Below are positions 13,212-24,945 of a DNA stretch of 64,000 nt, piece after piece. Below the pieces are notes generated by a model, which was not told where the DNA came from, searched no databases, and was given only the letters and a program-made list of their open reading frames with translations. Position 1 is the first letter of the stretch. Each line of letters begins with the position of its first letter. Source of the DNA: Pedococcus sp. (lineage in GTDB: Bacteria; Actinomycetota; Actinomycetes; Actinomycetales; Dermatophilaceae); contig DASUKI010000101.1 of the NCBI GenBank assembly GCA_036278855.1, positions 2,152 through 66,151 of the forward strand, in the 5' to 3' direction. The position numbers and the translations under genes were made by a program.

Positions 13212-14497
13212 CCGAAGTCTTCGACGCCGTCGACGTGATCCGGGCCAAGCGCGACCGGCAGAGCCTCTCCGCCGGGCAGATCCACTGGGTGGTCGACGCC
13301 TACACGCGCGGGGTCGTGGCAGACGAGCAGATGTCGGCACTGGCCATGGCGATCCTGTTGAACGGCATGGATCGGGACGAGATCTCCCGATGGACCGCGG
13401 CGATGATCGCCTCGGGCGAGCGAATGGACTTTTCCCGACTGTCTCGCCCCACCAGCGACAAGCACTCGACGGGAGGCGTCGGCGACAAGATCACCCTCCC
13501 GCTCGCACCGCTCGTCGCGGCCTGCGGCGTTGCCGTGCCGCAGCTGTCCGGCCGCGGGCTCGGCCACACCGGCGGCACCCTCGACAAGCTGGAGTCCGTC
13601 CCCGGGTGGTGCGCCTCGCTGTCGAACGAGGAGATGATGCGCCAGCTCGAGGAGGTGGGCGCGGTGATCTGCGCGGCTGGCGACGGTCTCGCCCCGGCCG
13701 ACAAGCGACTGTATGCCCTGCGTGACGTGACCGGCACGGTCGAGGCGATCCCGTTGATCGCCAGCTCGATCATGAGCAAGAAGATCGCCGAGGGCACCGG
13801 GGCACTGGTGCTCGACGTCAAGGTGGGGTCTGGCGCGTTCATGAAGGACACCGAGTCCGCGCGCGAACTGGCCCGGACCATGGTCGGACTCGGTCAGGAC
13901 GCCGGCCTCACCACGGTCGCGTTGCTCACCAACATGCAGACACCACTCGGACTGACGGCGGGCAACGCGCTGGAGGTGCGCGAGTCGGTCGAGGTGCTGG
14001 CGGGCGGCGGACCACCGGACGTCGTGGAGCTGACCGTCACGCTGGCGCGGGAGATGCTCGCCGCGGCCGGACGTGACGACGTCGACCCGGCCGACGCGCT
14101 GCGGGACGGGCGTGCGATGGACGTGTGGCGGGCGATGATCCGCGCCCAGGGAGGCGACCCGGACGCGGACCTGCCGGTCGCGAAGGAGACCCACCAGGTG
14201 CTGGCGCCCGCCGACGGCGTGCTGGTCTCGTTGGACGCGCTCGGCGTGGGGGTCGCGGCCTGGCGTCTCGGCGCCGGCCGGGCGCGCAAGGAGGACCGCG
14301 TCCAGGCGGGTGCCGGGGTCGAGATGCACGCCAAGCCAGGGGCGGAGGTCCGCGGGGGCCAGCCGCTGCTGACCCTGCACACGGACACACCCGATCGGTT
14401 CCCCCGCGCGCTCGAGGCGCTGGAGGGCGCCTTCCAGATCGCGCCGGAAGGCGCCCGACCCGGCCTGCTGCCGCTGGTCATCGACCGGATCGCCTGA
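13208..14497 (+). CDS. deoA: Thymidine/pyrimidine-nucleoside phosphorylase
   Basis: DKHSTGGVGDK, SGRGLGHTGGTLDKLE, SSIMSKK. Confidence 0.95.
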   Translation: MTEVFDAVDVIRAKRDRQSLSAGQIHWVVDAYTRGVVADEQMSALAMAILLNGMDRDEISRWTAAMIASGERMDFSRLSRPTSDKHSTGGVGDKITLPLAPLVAACGVAVPQLSGRGLGHTGGTLDKLESVPGWCASLSNEEMMRQLEEVGAVICAAGDGLAPADKRLYALRDVTGTVEAIPLIASSIMSKKIAEGTGALVLDVKVGSGAFMKDTESARELARTMVGLGQDAGLTTVALLTNMQTPLGLTAGNALEVRESVEVLAGGGPPDVVELTVTLAREMLAAAGRDDVDPADALRDGRAMDVWRAMIRAQGGDPDADLPVAKETHQVLAPADGVLVSLDALGVGVAAWRLGAGRARKEDRVQAGAGVEMHAKPGAEVRGGQPLLTLHTDTPDRFPRALEALEGAFQIAPEGARPGLLPLVIDRIA

Positions 14498-14547
14498 CCG
14501 CGCCCTCGCCCCCGAGGGCGGCGGGCTGGCGGCGCTAGGGTGAGCAG

Positions 14548-14916
14548 ATGCCTCGACTCATCCCCGAACCCACCGTCATTCCCGTCCCCGGTGGCAAGGT
14601 CATCCGCGAGCACGTGGGACGCGTCAACACCGAGACCGACTCCGTCTCCGTCGCCCACATGATCGCGCCCGCCGGCTGGGACGAGCCCTACCAGAAGCCG
14701 TCGTTCGACGAGATCACCGTGGTCCTCGCGGGCAGCCTCGTCGTCGAGCACGAAGGAGGGCCGACGACGGTGGCCGCCGGTCAGTCGATCATCACCGAGG
14801 CCGGTGAACGAATTCGCTACTCCTGCGGTGAGGACGGGGCCGAATACATCGCCATCTGCCTGCCGGCGTTCAGCCCCGACACCGTCGGCCGTGAGGACGA
14901 GGGAGCCGCCGAGTGA
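14548..14916 (+). CDS. Cupin domain protein
   Basis: VSVAHM...[17 protein letters not shown] cupin-like motif; leaderless TAGGGT; GTGA-coupled to add. Confidence 0.8.
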   Translation: MPRLIPEPTVIPVPGGKVIREHVGRVNTETDSVSVAHMIAPAGWDEPYQKPSFDEITVVLAGSLVVEHEGGPTTVAAGQSIITEAGERIRYSCGEDGAEYIAICLPAFSPDTVGREDEGAAE

Positions 14917-16052
14917 CCGCGGCTCGCGCATCGACACAGCTCATCCGGTCGCTGCCCAAGGTCCTGCTGCACGACCACCTCGACGGGGGGCTGCGGCCGC
15001 AGACCATCATCGAGCTGGCCGGGCAGGTCGGGTATGCCGACCTGCCCGCCACCGACGCGGCCGCACTGGCTGCGTGGTTCAGGGACAGCGCCGACTCGGG
15101 TTCGCTCGTGCGTTACCTCGAGACGTTCGACCAGACCCTCGCGGTCATGCAGACCGTGGACGGCCTGCAACGCGTGGCCCGTGAGTGCGCGGAGGACCTC
15201 GCCGCGGACGGGGTGGTGTATGCCGAGGTCCGGTTCGCGCCCGAGCAGCACCTCGTCGAGGGACTCACCCTCGAGCAGGTCGTGGAGGCGGTGCTCGATG
15301 GCTTCCGCGAGGGGGAGCAGCTCGCTGCGCAGGCAGGTCGCCGCATCCGGGTCACCGCGCTGCTGACCGCGATGCGGCACGCCGCCAAGAGCACCGAGAT
15401 CGCCGAGCTGGTGGTGCGCTACCGCGACGAGGGAGTGTCCGGGTTCGACATCGCGGGCGCCGAGGCCGGCTTCCCGCCCACCAGGCACCTCGACGCCTTC
15501 GAGTATCTGCGCCGCAAGAACGCGCACTTCACCATCCACGCCGGCGAGGCCTTCGGGCTGCCGAGCATCTGGGAGGCGATCCAGTGGTGCGGTGCCGACC
15601 GGCTGGGCCACGGCGTGCGGATCGTCGACGACATCACGGTCGCGGGCCGGCCCTACGCCGCCGACGTCGCGGGGGCTGTCGCCGCGACGCGTGACGACGT
15701 GTCGCTCGGCCTTCTCGCGGCATACGTGCGTGACCGCAGGATCCCGCTCGAGATGTGCCCGAGCAGCAATGTGCAGACCGGTGCTGCCGAATCCGTTGCG
15801 GTGCACCCGATCTCGCTATTGGCGAGGCTGAAGTTCCGGGTCACCGTCAACACCGACAACCGGCTGATGAGCGGCACCTCGATGACCCGGGAGATGTCGC
15901 TCCTGTGCGACGAGGCGGGCTGGGCCATCGACGACCTGAGGTGGGTCACGATCAACGCGATGAAGTCCGCGTTCCTCCCGTTCGACGAGCGGCTGGCGAT
16001 CATCGACGACGTCATCAAACCCGGATATGCCGGCCTGCCGGCTACCGACTGA
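14913..16052 (+). CDS. add: Adenosine deaminase
   Basis: LHDHLDG, TIHAGE, RLGHG, EMCPSSN, NTDN. Confidence 0.95.
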   Translation: MTAARASTQLIRSLPKVLLHDHLDGGLRPQTIIELAGQVGYADLPATDAAALAAWFRDSADSGSLVRYLETFDQTLAVMQTVDGLQRVARECAEDLAADGVVYAEVRFAPEQHLVEGLTLEQVVEAVLDGFREGEQLAAQAGRRIRVTALLTAMRHAAKSTEIAELVVRYRDEGVSGFDIAGAEAGFPPTRHLDAFEYLRRKNAHFTIHAGEAFGLPSIWEAIQWCGADRLGHGVRIVDDITVAGRPYAADVAGAVAATRDDVSLGLLAAYVRDRRIPLEMCPSSNVQTGAAESVAVHPISLLARLKFRVTVNTDNRLMSGTSMTREMSLLCDEAGWAIDDLRWVTINAMKSAFLPFDERLAIIDDVIKPGYAGLPATD

Positions 16053-16869
16053 GGTCGAGCGGGTCCGGCGGCAGCAGCCGCTGACGCAGCTGCTCCTCGC
16101 GGTCGAGGCGCTCGCCGTCGCGCCGGCGCCGGTCGGCGAGCACCGCGGCGAGGACGTGTTCGGGGTGCGCGCCGGCTGACGGCGGGGGAGCGACGTGGCG
16201 CAGCGCCTCGGCGCACAGCCGGGAGCCGACCGCCGCTCGTGCTGCTGGCGTGAGAGTGCTTGCGCGGCCGAGGAACTGGCGCACGTTGACCGCCAGTCCG
16301 TCCGGCAGGGTGGCGATGTCGGCGCCGCTCGCCCAGGCCTGCAGGAACGGTGGCATCGCCGGAGGCGGAGTGAGTCGGACAGCGACGCGCTCGCGCACGA
16401 CATAGGTGCCGGCGGCGTGGTCCCCCAGCCGCTTGGCCTGGGTGCTCACCAGGGCGCTGATCAGGGCCGGCACGCCGAACGTCACGAAGATCTCGACCAT
16501 GCCCACGAGGGCTCGGACGAAGGCGTGACGGAACTGGATCGGCCCCGCGTCGTCGCGGACGGTGCGCAGTCCGAGCGCGAGCTTGCCCGGGCTCTTGCCG
16601 CGGGTGAGGGTCTCCACAGTCGTCGGCAGGACCAGGACGGCGAGGAGTGCGACCACGACTTGCGCCGTCTGCGTCAACGCCTGGTCCTGGCCCCGGGTGA
16701 TCGTGCCGCCGAGCACCGCCAGGACCACGGCCGCCACGACGACCGCCACCACGTCGATCAGGCCGGACAGGATCCGCACGCCGATGCTCGCTGCCGGCAG
16801 CTCGAGGCTCACGGCCTCGCCGGTGACGAGGTCGTGTGCGCCGAAGGACAGGTCGAGACGTTTCGCCAT
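16042..16869 (-). CDS. RDD family membrane protein
   Basis: [31 protein letters not shown]. Confidence 0.88.
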   Translation of the reverse strand: MAKRLDLSFGAHDLVTGEAVSLELPAASIGVRILSGLIDVVAVVVAAVVLAVLGGTITRGQDQALTQTAQVVVALLAVLVLPTTVETLTRGKSPGKLALGLRTVRDDAGPIQFRHAFVRALVGMVEIFVTFGVPALISALVSTQAKRLGDHAAGTYVVRERVAVRLTPPPAMPPFLQAWASGADIATLPDGLAVNVRQFLGRASTLTPAARAAVGSRLCAEALRHVAPPPSAGAHPEHVLAAVLADRRRRDGERLDREEQLRQRLLPPDPLDLSR

Positions 16870-16971
16870 GGTGACCGCAGCCTACGACGGCCGCTCGTCG
16901 AGGGGCTCCACGTGCATCCGGGGCTGTGGACGAGCGCCGCGCGGGCGTGCGGGCTGGCCTAGGCTGCCGGT

Positions 16972-17967
16972 GTGGACCTGGACGCCTTCGTGACCCGGCA
17001 CCACCCGGAGTGGGCCCGCCTCGAGCACCTCGTGCGCCAGCGCCGCCTGAGCGGGGCCGAGGCCGACGAGATCCTCGACCGCTACCAGCGGGTGGCCACC
17101 CATCTGTCCCTGATCCGTTCCAGTGCCCCCGACCCCTCGACCGTGGCCTACCTGTCCTCGTTGCTCGCTCGTGCCCGGTCGCGCTCGGCGGGCACCCGCA
17201 GCCACTCCTGGTCGGACCTGGCGACCTTCTTCACCGCGACGTTCCCCGGTGCGCTCTACGAGATGCGTCGGTGGTGGATCGTCACCGCCCTGGCCAACGT
17301 CGCGGCTGCCTTCCTGCTCGGATGGTGGCTGCTCGCACACCCGCGGATCGTCGCCAGCCGGGTCTCGGCGGCCGAGATCAGCCAGCTCGTGCACCACGAG
17401 GTCGAGGGCTACTACAGCGAGTATGCCGCGTCGCACTTCGCCAGCCAGGTCTGGACCAACAACGCGCAGGTCGCCGCGCTCTGCGTCGCCCTCGGCGTCC
17501 TCGGAGTGCCGGTCGTCCTGGTGCTCTGGAGGAACACGGTCAATGTCGCCCTGATCGGCTCGATCATGGCCGACCACGGGCGGGGTGGGCTCTTCTTCGG
17601 TCTCATCCTGCCGCACGGCCTGCTCGAGCTCACGGCGGTCTTCGTCGCCGGGGGCGTCGGCCTGCGGCTCTTCTGGTCGTGGGTGGTGCCGGGCAGCCGG
17701 ACCCGGGGACAGTCGATCGCCGCGGCCGGCCGGTCGTCGGTGGTCGTGGTGCTCGGACTCGTGGTGGTGCTGCTCGTCTCCGGGATCATCGAGGCCTTCG
17801 TCACGCCGTCGGGGCTGCCCACCTGGGCCCGGATCGGCATCGGCGTGGTGGTCGAGATCGCCTTCCTGACCTACGTGTTCACGCTGGGTCGGTGGGCACA
17901 CCGGAGGGGTGAGATCGGAGACGTCTCGGCACAGGACGCCGGCGACACCCTGCCGGCGGCGGGCTGA
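16972..17967 (+). CDS. SpoIIM (stage II sporulation protein M) family membrane protein
   Basis: MDLDAFV start, VWTNN, LILPHGLLEL, SGIIEAFVTP. Confidence 0.88.
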   Translation: MDLDAFVTRHHPEWARLEHLVRQRRLSGAEADEILDRYQRVATHLSLIRSSAPDPSTVAYLSSLLARARSRSAGTRSHSWSDLATFFTATFPGALYEMRRWWIVTALANVAAAFLLGWWLLAHPRIVASRVSAAEISQLVHHEVEGYYSEYAASHFASQVWTNNAQVAALCVALGVLGVPVVLVLWRNTVNVALIGSIMADHGRGGLFFGLILPHGLLELTAVFVAGGVGLRLFWSWVVPGSRTRGQSIAAAGRSSVVVVLGLVVVLLVSGIIEAFVTPSGLPTWARIGIGVVVEIAFLTYVFTLGRWAHRRGEIGDVSAQDAGDTLPAAG

Positions 17968-18032
17968 CCGGGCGGCCGCATCGCCGCAACGACGATCAAG
18001 CCGGTCTCGGCGCGTTGCCGTACGGTCGGCGC

Positions 18033-18329
18033 ATGCGAGAGACACCGGAGGACATCGCCTCGCTGCATGACCTGCTCGACGCCTCACACGCCCGCGCGAC
18101 CGGACACCTGCGTTCGATCATCAACGACCAACGCACCCTGCGGGCCGACGAGCTGGCCCAGCTGCTCACGGGTATGAAGGTGTTGTCGGTCGCCACCGTG
18201 ACGAGCGGCGGTGAGCCTCGGATCAGTGCGCTGGACGGACACTTCCTGCACGGCACGTGGACGTTCAGCACCGCCGGGGACTCGGCCAAGGCTCGGCACC
18301 TGGCGCGAAGATGTACCGGTTGCGGATGA
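18033..18329 (+). pseudogene. Pyridoxamine 5'-phosphate oxidase-like protein, apparently 3'-truncated
   Basis: VLSVATVT..GEPRIS..DGHF...SAKARHLARR is the N-terminal half of the fold, then stop after 98 aa just before the panE 3' end. Confidence 0.6.
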
Positions 18330-18342
18330 GTTGGGCAGTGGC

Positions 18343-19344
18343 CTACGCGTTCAAGCGTGCCGAGCTGCTCGGCTCACGGGGACTGTCGCCGCGCTGACGC
18401 TCGGGGGCGGCGGCCATGAGGCTCTCCCTGGCGCGGATGAGGTCGGCCACGGTCTGCAGGGTCGGCGTGGCGACGCCGTGCCGCTCGCCGAGGCGGGCCA
18501 CCTGAACGAGGATCGCGTCGACCTCGCCACGTTCGCCCAGCAGGTGGTCCAGCAGCATCGACGGGCGGGCGTCCGGGATCCGGCCACCGAGGAGCCGTAC
18601 ATGTTGGATCGGATCACCCACATCCAGGAAGATCCCCGCCGCACGGGCCACCGCCACGGCCTCGAGGGCACACTCTTGCGCCACGTGCCAGGCATCGGCG
18701 TCGGCCAGCACCTGACCGATCGTCATGCCGGTGAGGCAGGTGGTGCCGGAGAAGGCGACGTTCATGATCAGCTTCTCCCACACCATCTGGTCGGTGTCGT
18801 CGAACAGGCGCACCTCGAAGCCGGCGCTGGTCCACACCTGCGCGGAGGCCTCGAGGTCGGCGCGGGTCAAGGTGTCATAGGCGCCGAACCGCACCATCTC
18901 CATCCCGTTGTGGTGCACCTCGCCCGGGGTGGACACAGAGGCCCCGAAACCGCCGACCACGCCGATGGCGAGCCGCTCGCCGCCGAGGACACCGGCGACG
19001 CGCTCCGGCGAGCCGAGCCCGTTCTGGATGGATTGCACGACGGTGCCCGGCCCGATGAGCGGCCGGGCCGCCTGCGCCGCGGACTCGACGTCGAAGGCCT
19101 TGGTCGCGATGACGACGAGGTCGCACTCGCCGACCCCGTCGGTGCTGGTGCCCATCGAGGCGAGGTCCACGGTGTGGTCCCCGCTCTTGCCGTGGACCCT
19201 CAGCCCGCCGGTCTGCACGGCCCGCACGTGGTCGGTCCAGAGGCAGATGCCGTGCACCTCGTGCCCGGCGAGCTGCATGAGCCCGGCATACACCGACCCC
19301 ATGGCTCCACAACCCACGATGGCAACCTTGCTGTGCGTTGGCAT
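18343..19344 (-). CDS. panE: 2-dehydropantoate 2-reductase (ketopantoate reductase family)
   Basis: IVGCGAMG, IATKA, QNGLG, WEKLIMN, PSMLLD, EVDAI. Confidence 0.85.
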   Translation of the reverse strand: MPTHSKVAIVGCGAMGSVYAGLMQLAGHEVHGICLWTDHVRAVQTGGLRVHGKSGDHTVDLASMGTSTDGVGECDLVVIATKAFDVESAAQAARPLIGPGTVVQSIQNGLGSPERVAGVLGGERLAIGVVGGFGASVSTPGEVHHNGMEMVRFGAYDTLTRADLEASAQVWTSAGFEVRLFDDTDQMVWEKLIMNVAFSGTTCLTGMTIGQVLADADAWHVAQECALEAVAVARAAGIFLDVGDPIQHVRLLGGRIPDARPSMLLDHLLGERGEVDAILVQVARLGERHGVATPTLQTVADLIRARESLMAAAPERQRGDSPREPSSSARLNA

Positions 19345-19406
19345 GCCGTCAATGTCTCACGGCCGTCCACGGGCGTCCACGGGCGCCTCGAGTGGAGGCA
19401 TCCGGC

Positions 19407-20702
19407 TCAGAGCAGCCCGCGGGACTTGAGCAGCAGGTAGTGGTCGACCAGGGCGACCGGCAGCTCGTCCGGCACCTCGTCGAGCACCGTGACCCCGACC
19501 CGACCGAGCGCCTCGGCGGTGCGTTGCCGCAACGCCACGGTGCGGGTGGCTGCCGCCGCGTCATAGACCGCGGACGTGGTGGAGCGGTTCGTGGTCAGGG
19601 CGCCCAGGGCCGGGTCGGCCACCGAGGCCAGCACCACGCGGTGGTGGGCGGTCAGCATGGGCAGCACCGGCAACAGCCCTTCCTCGATCGCGGCCGGTTC
19701 GAGGGAGGTGAGCAGGACCACGAGGGATCGCCGACGGCTGAGCCGATTGACCTCCGCGGCCAAGGTGGTCCAGTTCGCTTCCAGCAGAGCAGGTTCGAGC
19801 GGTGCCATCGCGGTCACGAGCTCGTGCAGCAGCTGGGTGTGGTTGCGTGATCCGCTCACCTTCACCTTGACGCGGCGGTCCCCGGCCAGCAGGTCGACCC
19901 GGTCGCCGGCACGGGACGCAAGGGCCGCGAGCAGCAGCGCGGCGTCCATCTCGGCGTCGAGCCGTGGCATGTCCGCGACCCTGGCGGCGGACGTGCGCGA
20001 GGTGTCCAGCACGAGGATGATCCGGCGGTCCCGCTCGGGCTGCCAGGTGCGTACGACGACGGACTGCCGGCGGGCGGTCGCTCGCCAGTCGATCGAACGG
20101 ACGTCGTCGCCCTCGACGTAGGTACGCAGGGAGTCGAACTCGGTGCCGTGCCCGCGTGTCCGCACCGCCGAGCGCCCGTCGAGCTGCCGCAACTGCGCCA
20201 GCCGGCTCGGCAGGTGCTTGCGCGACGCGAAGGCCGGCAGGGCACGGACCGCGCCCGGCACGGAGAAGGACTGCTGCCGTGCGGCGACCCTCAGTGGGCC
20301 GAGGCTGCGCACCGTCACCCGGTCGGCCAGCCGGTCACCGCGTCTGGTCGGTCGCAGTGTGCTGGTCAGCCGGGTGCGTTCACCCCCACGCAACCGGACG
20401 GTATGCCGTTCGCCGGTCGCGCCCGCCGACGGTTGCCACGCGTCCCGGACAAGGCCGCGGAACCGGCGGCTGGACGGGTTGGTCACCAGCAACGAGGTGG
20501 AGGTCGTCTCGCCGAGCCGGACCTGACGCACCGGGCCCCGCGAGACCACCAGCGTCCCGGGCGGCACGGCGAGCAGCCAGTCGAGCCCGATCACCAGGAT
20601 GACGAAGAGCCACCACCATCCGACCGTGGACACGGTGGGGCGCGCGACGACGGGCGCCAGACCGAGCAGGACCAGCACCACCGCGCGCCCGGTCAGGGCC
20701 AT
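19407..20702 (-). CDS. DUF58 / VWA-like domain protein
   Basis: GTEFDSLRTYVEGDDVRSIDWRATAR, LVLDTSRTS. Confidence 0.9.
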   Translation of the reverse strand: MALTGRAVVLVLLGLAPVVARPTVSTVGWWWLFVILVIGLDWLLAVPPGTLVVSRGPVRQVRLGETTSTSLLVTNPSSRRFRGLVRDAWQPSAGATGERHTVRLRGGERTRLTSTLRPTRRGDRLADRVTVRSLGPLRVAARQQSFSVPGAVRALPAFASRKHLPSRLAQLRQLDGRSAVRTRGHGTEFDSLRTYVEGDDVRSIDWRATARRQSVVVRTWQPERDRRIILVLDTSRTSAARVADMPRLDAEMDAALLLAALASRAGDRVDLLAGDRRVKVKVSGSRNHTQLLHELVTAMAPLEPALLEANWTTLAAEVNRLSRRRSLVVLLTSLEPAAIEEGLLPVLPMLTAHHRVVLASVADPALGALTTNRSTTSAVYDAAAATRTVALRQRTAEALGRVGVTVLDEVPDELPVALVDHYLLLKSRGLL

Positions 20703-20777
20703 GCCGGGGTCACCCGCACCTTCGCCCGCGGCGCGATGCCCTTGGCGCGGAACGGCATACGGAGGGAGCAGGCACCA

Positions 20778-20781
<4 letters not shown>
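20703..20781 (-). repeat. Degenerate MIRU-like repeat, copy D; 23-aa ORF 20781-20710
   Basis: ATG overlaps the moxR stop; ends GCGGGTGACCCCGGC-ATG, like copy B. Confidence 0.5.
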
Positions 20782-21754
<973 letters not shown>

Positions 21755-21758
<4 letters not shown>

Positions 21759-21832
21759 GCGGGCGCCCCGCGAAGTACCGAGCGAGGCACGAGCGAGGAC
21801 TTTGTGGGGTGCTCTTGGTGGGGTGGGGTCAT
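21755..21832 (-). repeat. MIRU-like intercistronic repeat, copy C; 25-aa bridging ORF
   Basis: ATGA at both ends; CACCCCACAAAGTCCTCGCTCGTGCCTCGCTCGGTACTTCGCGGGG; reads MTPPHQEHPTKSSLVPRSVLRGAPA*. Confidence 0.75.
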
Positions 21833-23097
21833 TCTCGTACCTCTTCCTCGAGTGATGCGAGCTGGTCTGCAGTCTGCAGGAGGGCTTCGTCGCCCGCGGG
21901 GTCCGGTCCGGCGAGCACGGTGAGGAGCTCGCCGGACGGCCGTCCCGTCACCTGGGCCAGAGCGTGCGCCAGCTCCTCCACGGGAGTGGCCGGAGCCAGT
22001 CCGAGGTATGCCGTGAGCCGTCGCCGGGTGGCGCCGCGCAGGATCGCGGCCGCGCGGCCGCGGTCTCCTGCCTTGCGGTAGAGCCGTCCGCGGCTCTCGG
22101 CGGTCTCGGTGGCGCGGACCACGACGGGCAGCGGCTCGGTGACGAGGCGGCCGAGGCGGCGTCCGCGCCAGCACATGAGCGCGACGACCGCACTCGCCAC
22201 CAGGACCACGGCCGGCGCGAACCAGGACGGAAGGAGCGGCAGCGGCGCGCCGTGCTCGCCGGCGGCGATGTCGGCGTTGTCCGCGACGTACCAGACGAGG
22301 CGCGGCGCATGACCGAGCGAGCGCAGGGCCACGGCCGCGTTGTCGGCGTCCGTCACCGAGGAGTTCGTCAGCACGGCACCGCTGCCGAGCAGCACGACGT
22401 GCGGGCGGTCTGCGGTCTGCGGGAGGTCGACGAGGTAGCCGCTGTCCGTGCCTCCGGCGGCGAAGCCGGGACTCGGCGGGAAGCACACTCTCGCGTCGGT
22501 CCCGTCGTGGGGTGTGTAGCGGATCCGTCCCCGGGAGATCTGGTCGCTCCGGCGGACGTCGGTGAGTTGGCAGCTGGCCGTCATCGTGGTGTACGTCGGC
22601 TCCATGGTGACATCCACCGGCAGGTCGAGTCCGCCCACGACGACCGGATCCGCGAGCAGCAGGACGAACCGGCCGGCGTGGCGCGCGTGCTCGAGAGCGG
22701 TTCGTGCGGTTCGGCTCGACAGCTCATCGGTGTGGGTGACGAGGACGGTGGTGCGCGAGTCGATCCGCTGGTCGAGGAAGGGCTGCTGCGAACGGACCAC
22801 CGTGATGTCCACACCCTGCTGCCGCAGCACCTCGGCGACCGCCTGCGCCCCCTGCGGGCCGGGGTTGGCTGGATCGTAGGCCTGCGCGTTGCTGGTCTGC
22901 TGTGCGGTGATGAGCCAGGTCACGACGACGACCACGACGACGACCGCGGCCCAGATCAGCCGGCTGTGCCAGCGACGGGCGCGAGGCGAGTCGCCGGTGG
23001 CCGTGCCGGTCGAGTCACCGGGGCCGTTCTCGCCGGCAGCCACGGCTGGTCGGCTCGAGGGCAGGGCGGTGTCCAGCCGGGGACCGGAGGCGCTCAC
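21829..23097 (-). CDS. DUF4350 domain membrane-anchored protein
   Basis: TM segment, DPANPGPQGAQAVAEVL, RRLGRLVTEPLPVVVRATE; position in the moxR operon. Confidence 0.82.
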   Translation of the reverse strand: MSASGPRLDTALPSSRPAVAAGENGPGDSTGTATGDSPRARRWHSRLIWAAVVVVVVVVTWLITAQQTSNAQAYDPANPGPQGAQAVAEVLRQQGVDITVVRSQQPFLDQRIDSRTTVLVTHTDELSSRTARTALEHARHAGRFVLLLADPVVVGGLDLPVDVTMEPTYTTMTASCQLTDVRRSDQISRGRIRYTPHDGTDARVCFPPSPGFAAGGTDSGYLVDLPQTADRPHVVLLGSGAVLTNSSVTDADNAAVALRSLGHAPRLVWYVADNADIAAGEHGAPLPLLPSWFAPAVVLVASAVVALMCWRGRRLGRLVTEPLPVVVRATETAESRGRLYRKAGDRGRAAAILRGATRRRLTAYLGLAPATPVEELAHALAQVTGRPSGELLTVLAGPDPAGDEALLQTADQLASLEEEVRE

Positions 23098-23735
23098 GAG
23101 TGGGCCAGGGGAGGCTCGAGGAGTTGGTGCGCCGGGCGGCCCCGCGACAGAGTGCGGTCCAGCGCGACCATCTCATCCACCTCGGGGCGGGTCGCTCGCC
23201 CGTTGCCGTAGCGGACGGCGTCGAACCGGTCGGCGGCTGTGCGCAGAGCGGTCTGCTGGTCGGGAAACGACGGAGCCAGGGCGAGGCTGATCTCATGCGC
23301 GGTCTGACCGGGTGCGTCGTCGAGCAGCGTGCGCTCGGTCGCCTCGGCGGCCACGGCTCGGAACGTGTCGAGCAGTGCGTCGTCGAGACGCCCCTCGCCG
23401 AGGGCCCGTGAGGCGCGGGCGCGATAGTCCGTGGGTGTGGCGGCCGGATCCTCGATCACCCCGGCGCCCCTTTGCCCCCTACGCTCACGGCGCACCTTCG
23501 GCAGGATCCAGACCAGGAGCGCGATGACGAAGGCGCCCACGACGACGAGCAGGGCGACCGGCGCACCCGCGCCGATCGACACGTCGAGGTAGCGGTGCCA
23601 CAGGTCCGCGAGCCACTGTGCGGCCCGGTCGATCAGGGAGGCCCGATGGCTGTACCTCCCGCGTGAGAGCTCGTGCTCCAGCAGTCGCCGGGCCTGGTCG
23701 GACGCGGGATCCACGGGGTCGAAGAACGGGACCAC
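23094..23735 (-). CDS. DUF4129 domain protein
   Basis: ELSRGRY, TM segment, PGQTAHE, FDAVRYG. Confidence 0.8.
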   Translation of the reverse strand: MVPFFDPVDPASDQARRLLEHELSRGRYSHRASLIDRAAQWLADLWHRYLDVSIGAGAPVALLVVVGAFVIALLVWILPKVRRERRGQRGAGVIEDPAATPTDYRARASRALGEGRLDDALLDTFRAVAAEATERTLLDDAPGQTAHEISLALAPSFPDQQTALRTAADRFDAVRYGNGRATRPEVDEMVALDRTLSRGRPAHQLLEPPLAHS

Positions 23736-23742
23736 GGACGGA

Positions 23743-24873
23743 TCACGTCCCCGCAGCCTGCTGGGCGGTGCGTGCCAGCGTGACGTCGAGCGCCTCGCGC
23801 CGGATCCGCTGGTCGAGGTAGAGCAGGCAACCGACGCCGGCGGTGAACGGCGTGGTGAGCGCCCCGACGACCAGGTTCATCGCGTGCGTCGTGAGTGACG
23901 TGGCCACGCCCGTACCCGACGGGTCCACGGTGCCGGTGACGACGGCGACCGGAACTGCCAGCACACCCTGGATGATCATGGCGATGATCCCGGCCAACAA
24001 GGTGATTCCGAGGATGCGCCAGAAGGCACGGCCCGAGGTGAGCCGCCACGAACGGCCCAGACTGGCGAGGACGCGCTGTCGCTCCAGGACGGTGACCGGA
24101 CCGCCCATGCCGAGCCGGATCGCGAGCCACACCGCGACCACCAGGCCGACCAGCATGGCGAGAATGATCAGGGCGGCGGCCCCGGCTTCGCCGACCCCGG
24201 AGAGGGCCACGACGACCCCGGGCACGATGACCACCACGACCAGCGCAAGCACGACCGCCAGCCAGGTCAGGACATTGACACCGATCAGCGCCGGGATCCG
24301 GCTCTTCGTCTCCTGCCAGGTCTGCGCGATGCCGGCTTTTGCGCCGAGCACGGCCTGGCCGACCACGTGGGCGATGAAGCCGCCGAGCAGGAGCCCCGCG
24401 AGGGCAGACGCGAGGCCCGGCAGCGAGGCCAGGAGCAGGTCGCGCACGGTGCGACTCGCCTCGCTCGACCCGACCGGCTGCCCCTCGAGCCACAGGCTGA
24501 CGAGGGCGGAGGGGATGAGGAAGACGGCGCCCACGAGGAAGCCGAGTCCGATGGTCGCCTGCGGGTTGGCCCGCATCGTCTTGATGGCGCCGTCGAAGAT
24601 GTCGCCCAACCCGAGCGGACGCAGCGGTATGACGCCGGGCTGGTAGGCCTGCCCATAGGGCCCCGGCCCCCATCCGCCGTACCCTCCATATCCGGGAGGT
24701 GGTCCGGCCGGTGGGGGACTGCCATACCCGCCATACCCGCCATACCCGGGAGGGGGCCCTGCTGGTGGCGGGCTGCCACCCCATCCCGAAGAGGCCGGCT
24801 GCCCGCCCGGTGCGGCCCAGCCGTCGGGTCGGTCGGAGCCTCCGGGAGGCGGGAAGCCTGCATTGCCGGACAT
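23743..24873 (-). CDS. Integral membrane protein with Pro/Gly/Tyr-rich N-terminus (GDPD-membrane-domain-like)
   Basis: PPPAGPPPGYGGYGG twice, PGVIPLRPLGLGDI, SLGRSWRL, LLYLDQRIRRE. Confidence 0.8.
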   Translation of the reverse strand: MSGNAGFPPPGGSDRPDGWAAPGGQPASSGWGGSPPPAGPPPGYGGYGGYGSPPPAGPPPGYGGYGGWGPGPYGQAYQPGVIPLRPLGLGDIFDGAIKTMRANPQATIGLGFLVGAVFLIPSALVSLWLEGQPVGSSEASRTVRDLLLASLPGLASALAGLLLGGFIAHVVGQAVLGAKAGIAQTWQETKSRIPALIGVNVLTWLAVVLALVVVVIVPGVVVALSGVGEAGAAALIILAMLVGLVVAVWLAIRLGMGGPVTVLERQRVLASLGRSWRLTSGRAFWRILGITLLAGIIAMIIQGVLAVPVAVVTGTVDPSGTGVATSLTTHAMNLVVGALTTPFTAGVGCLLYLDQRIRREALDVTLARTAQQAAGT

Positions 24874-24945
24874 GTCACCCCCAGTGCGAGAACGTGCCCC
24901 ACGAACCTAGCGTGTTGTGGGTGGGTGCTCGCGAGGCGCTGTGGA

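Noticed and set aside
18300-18420. CTGCG-UGA end of the PNPOx-like ORF as a possible selenocysteine readthrough
   Set aside because: Readthrough runs antisense into panE, gives no family-like sequence and stops soon; no convincing SECIS.
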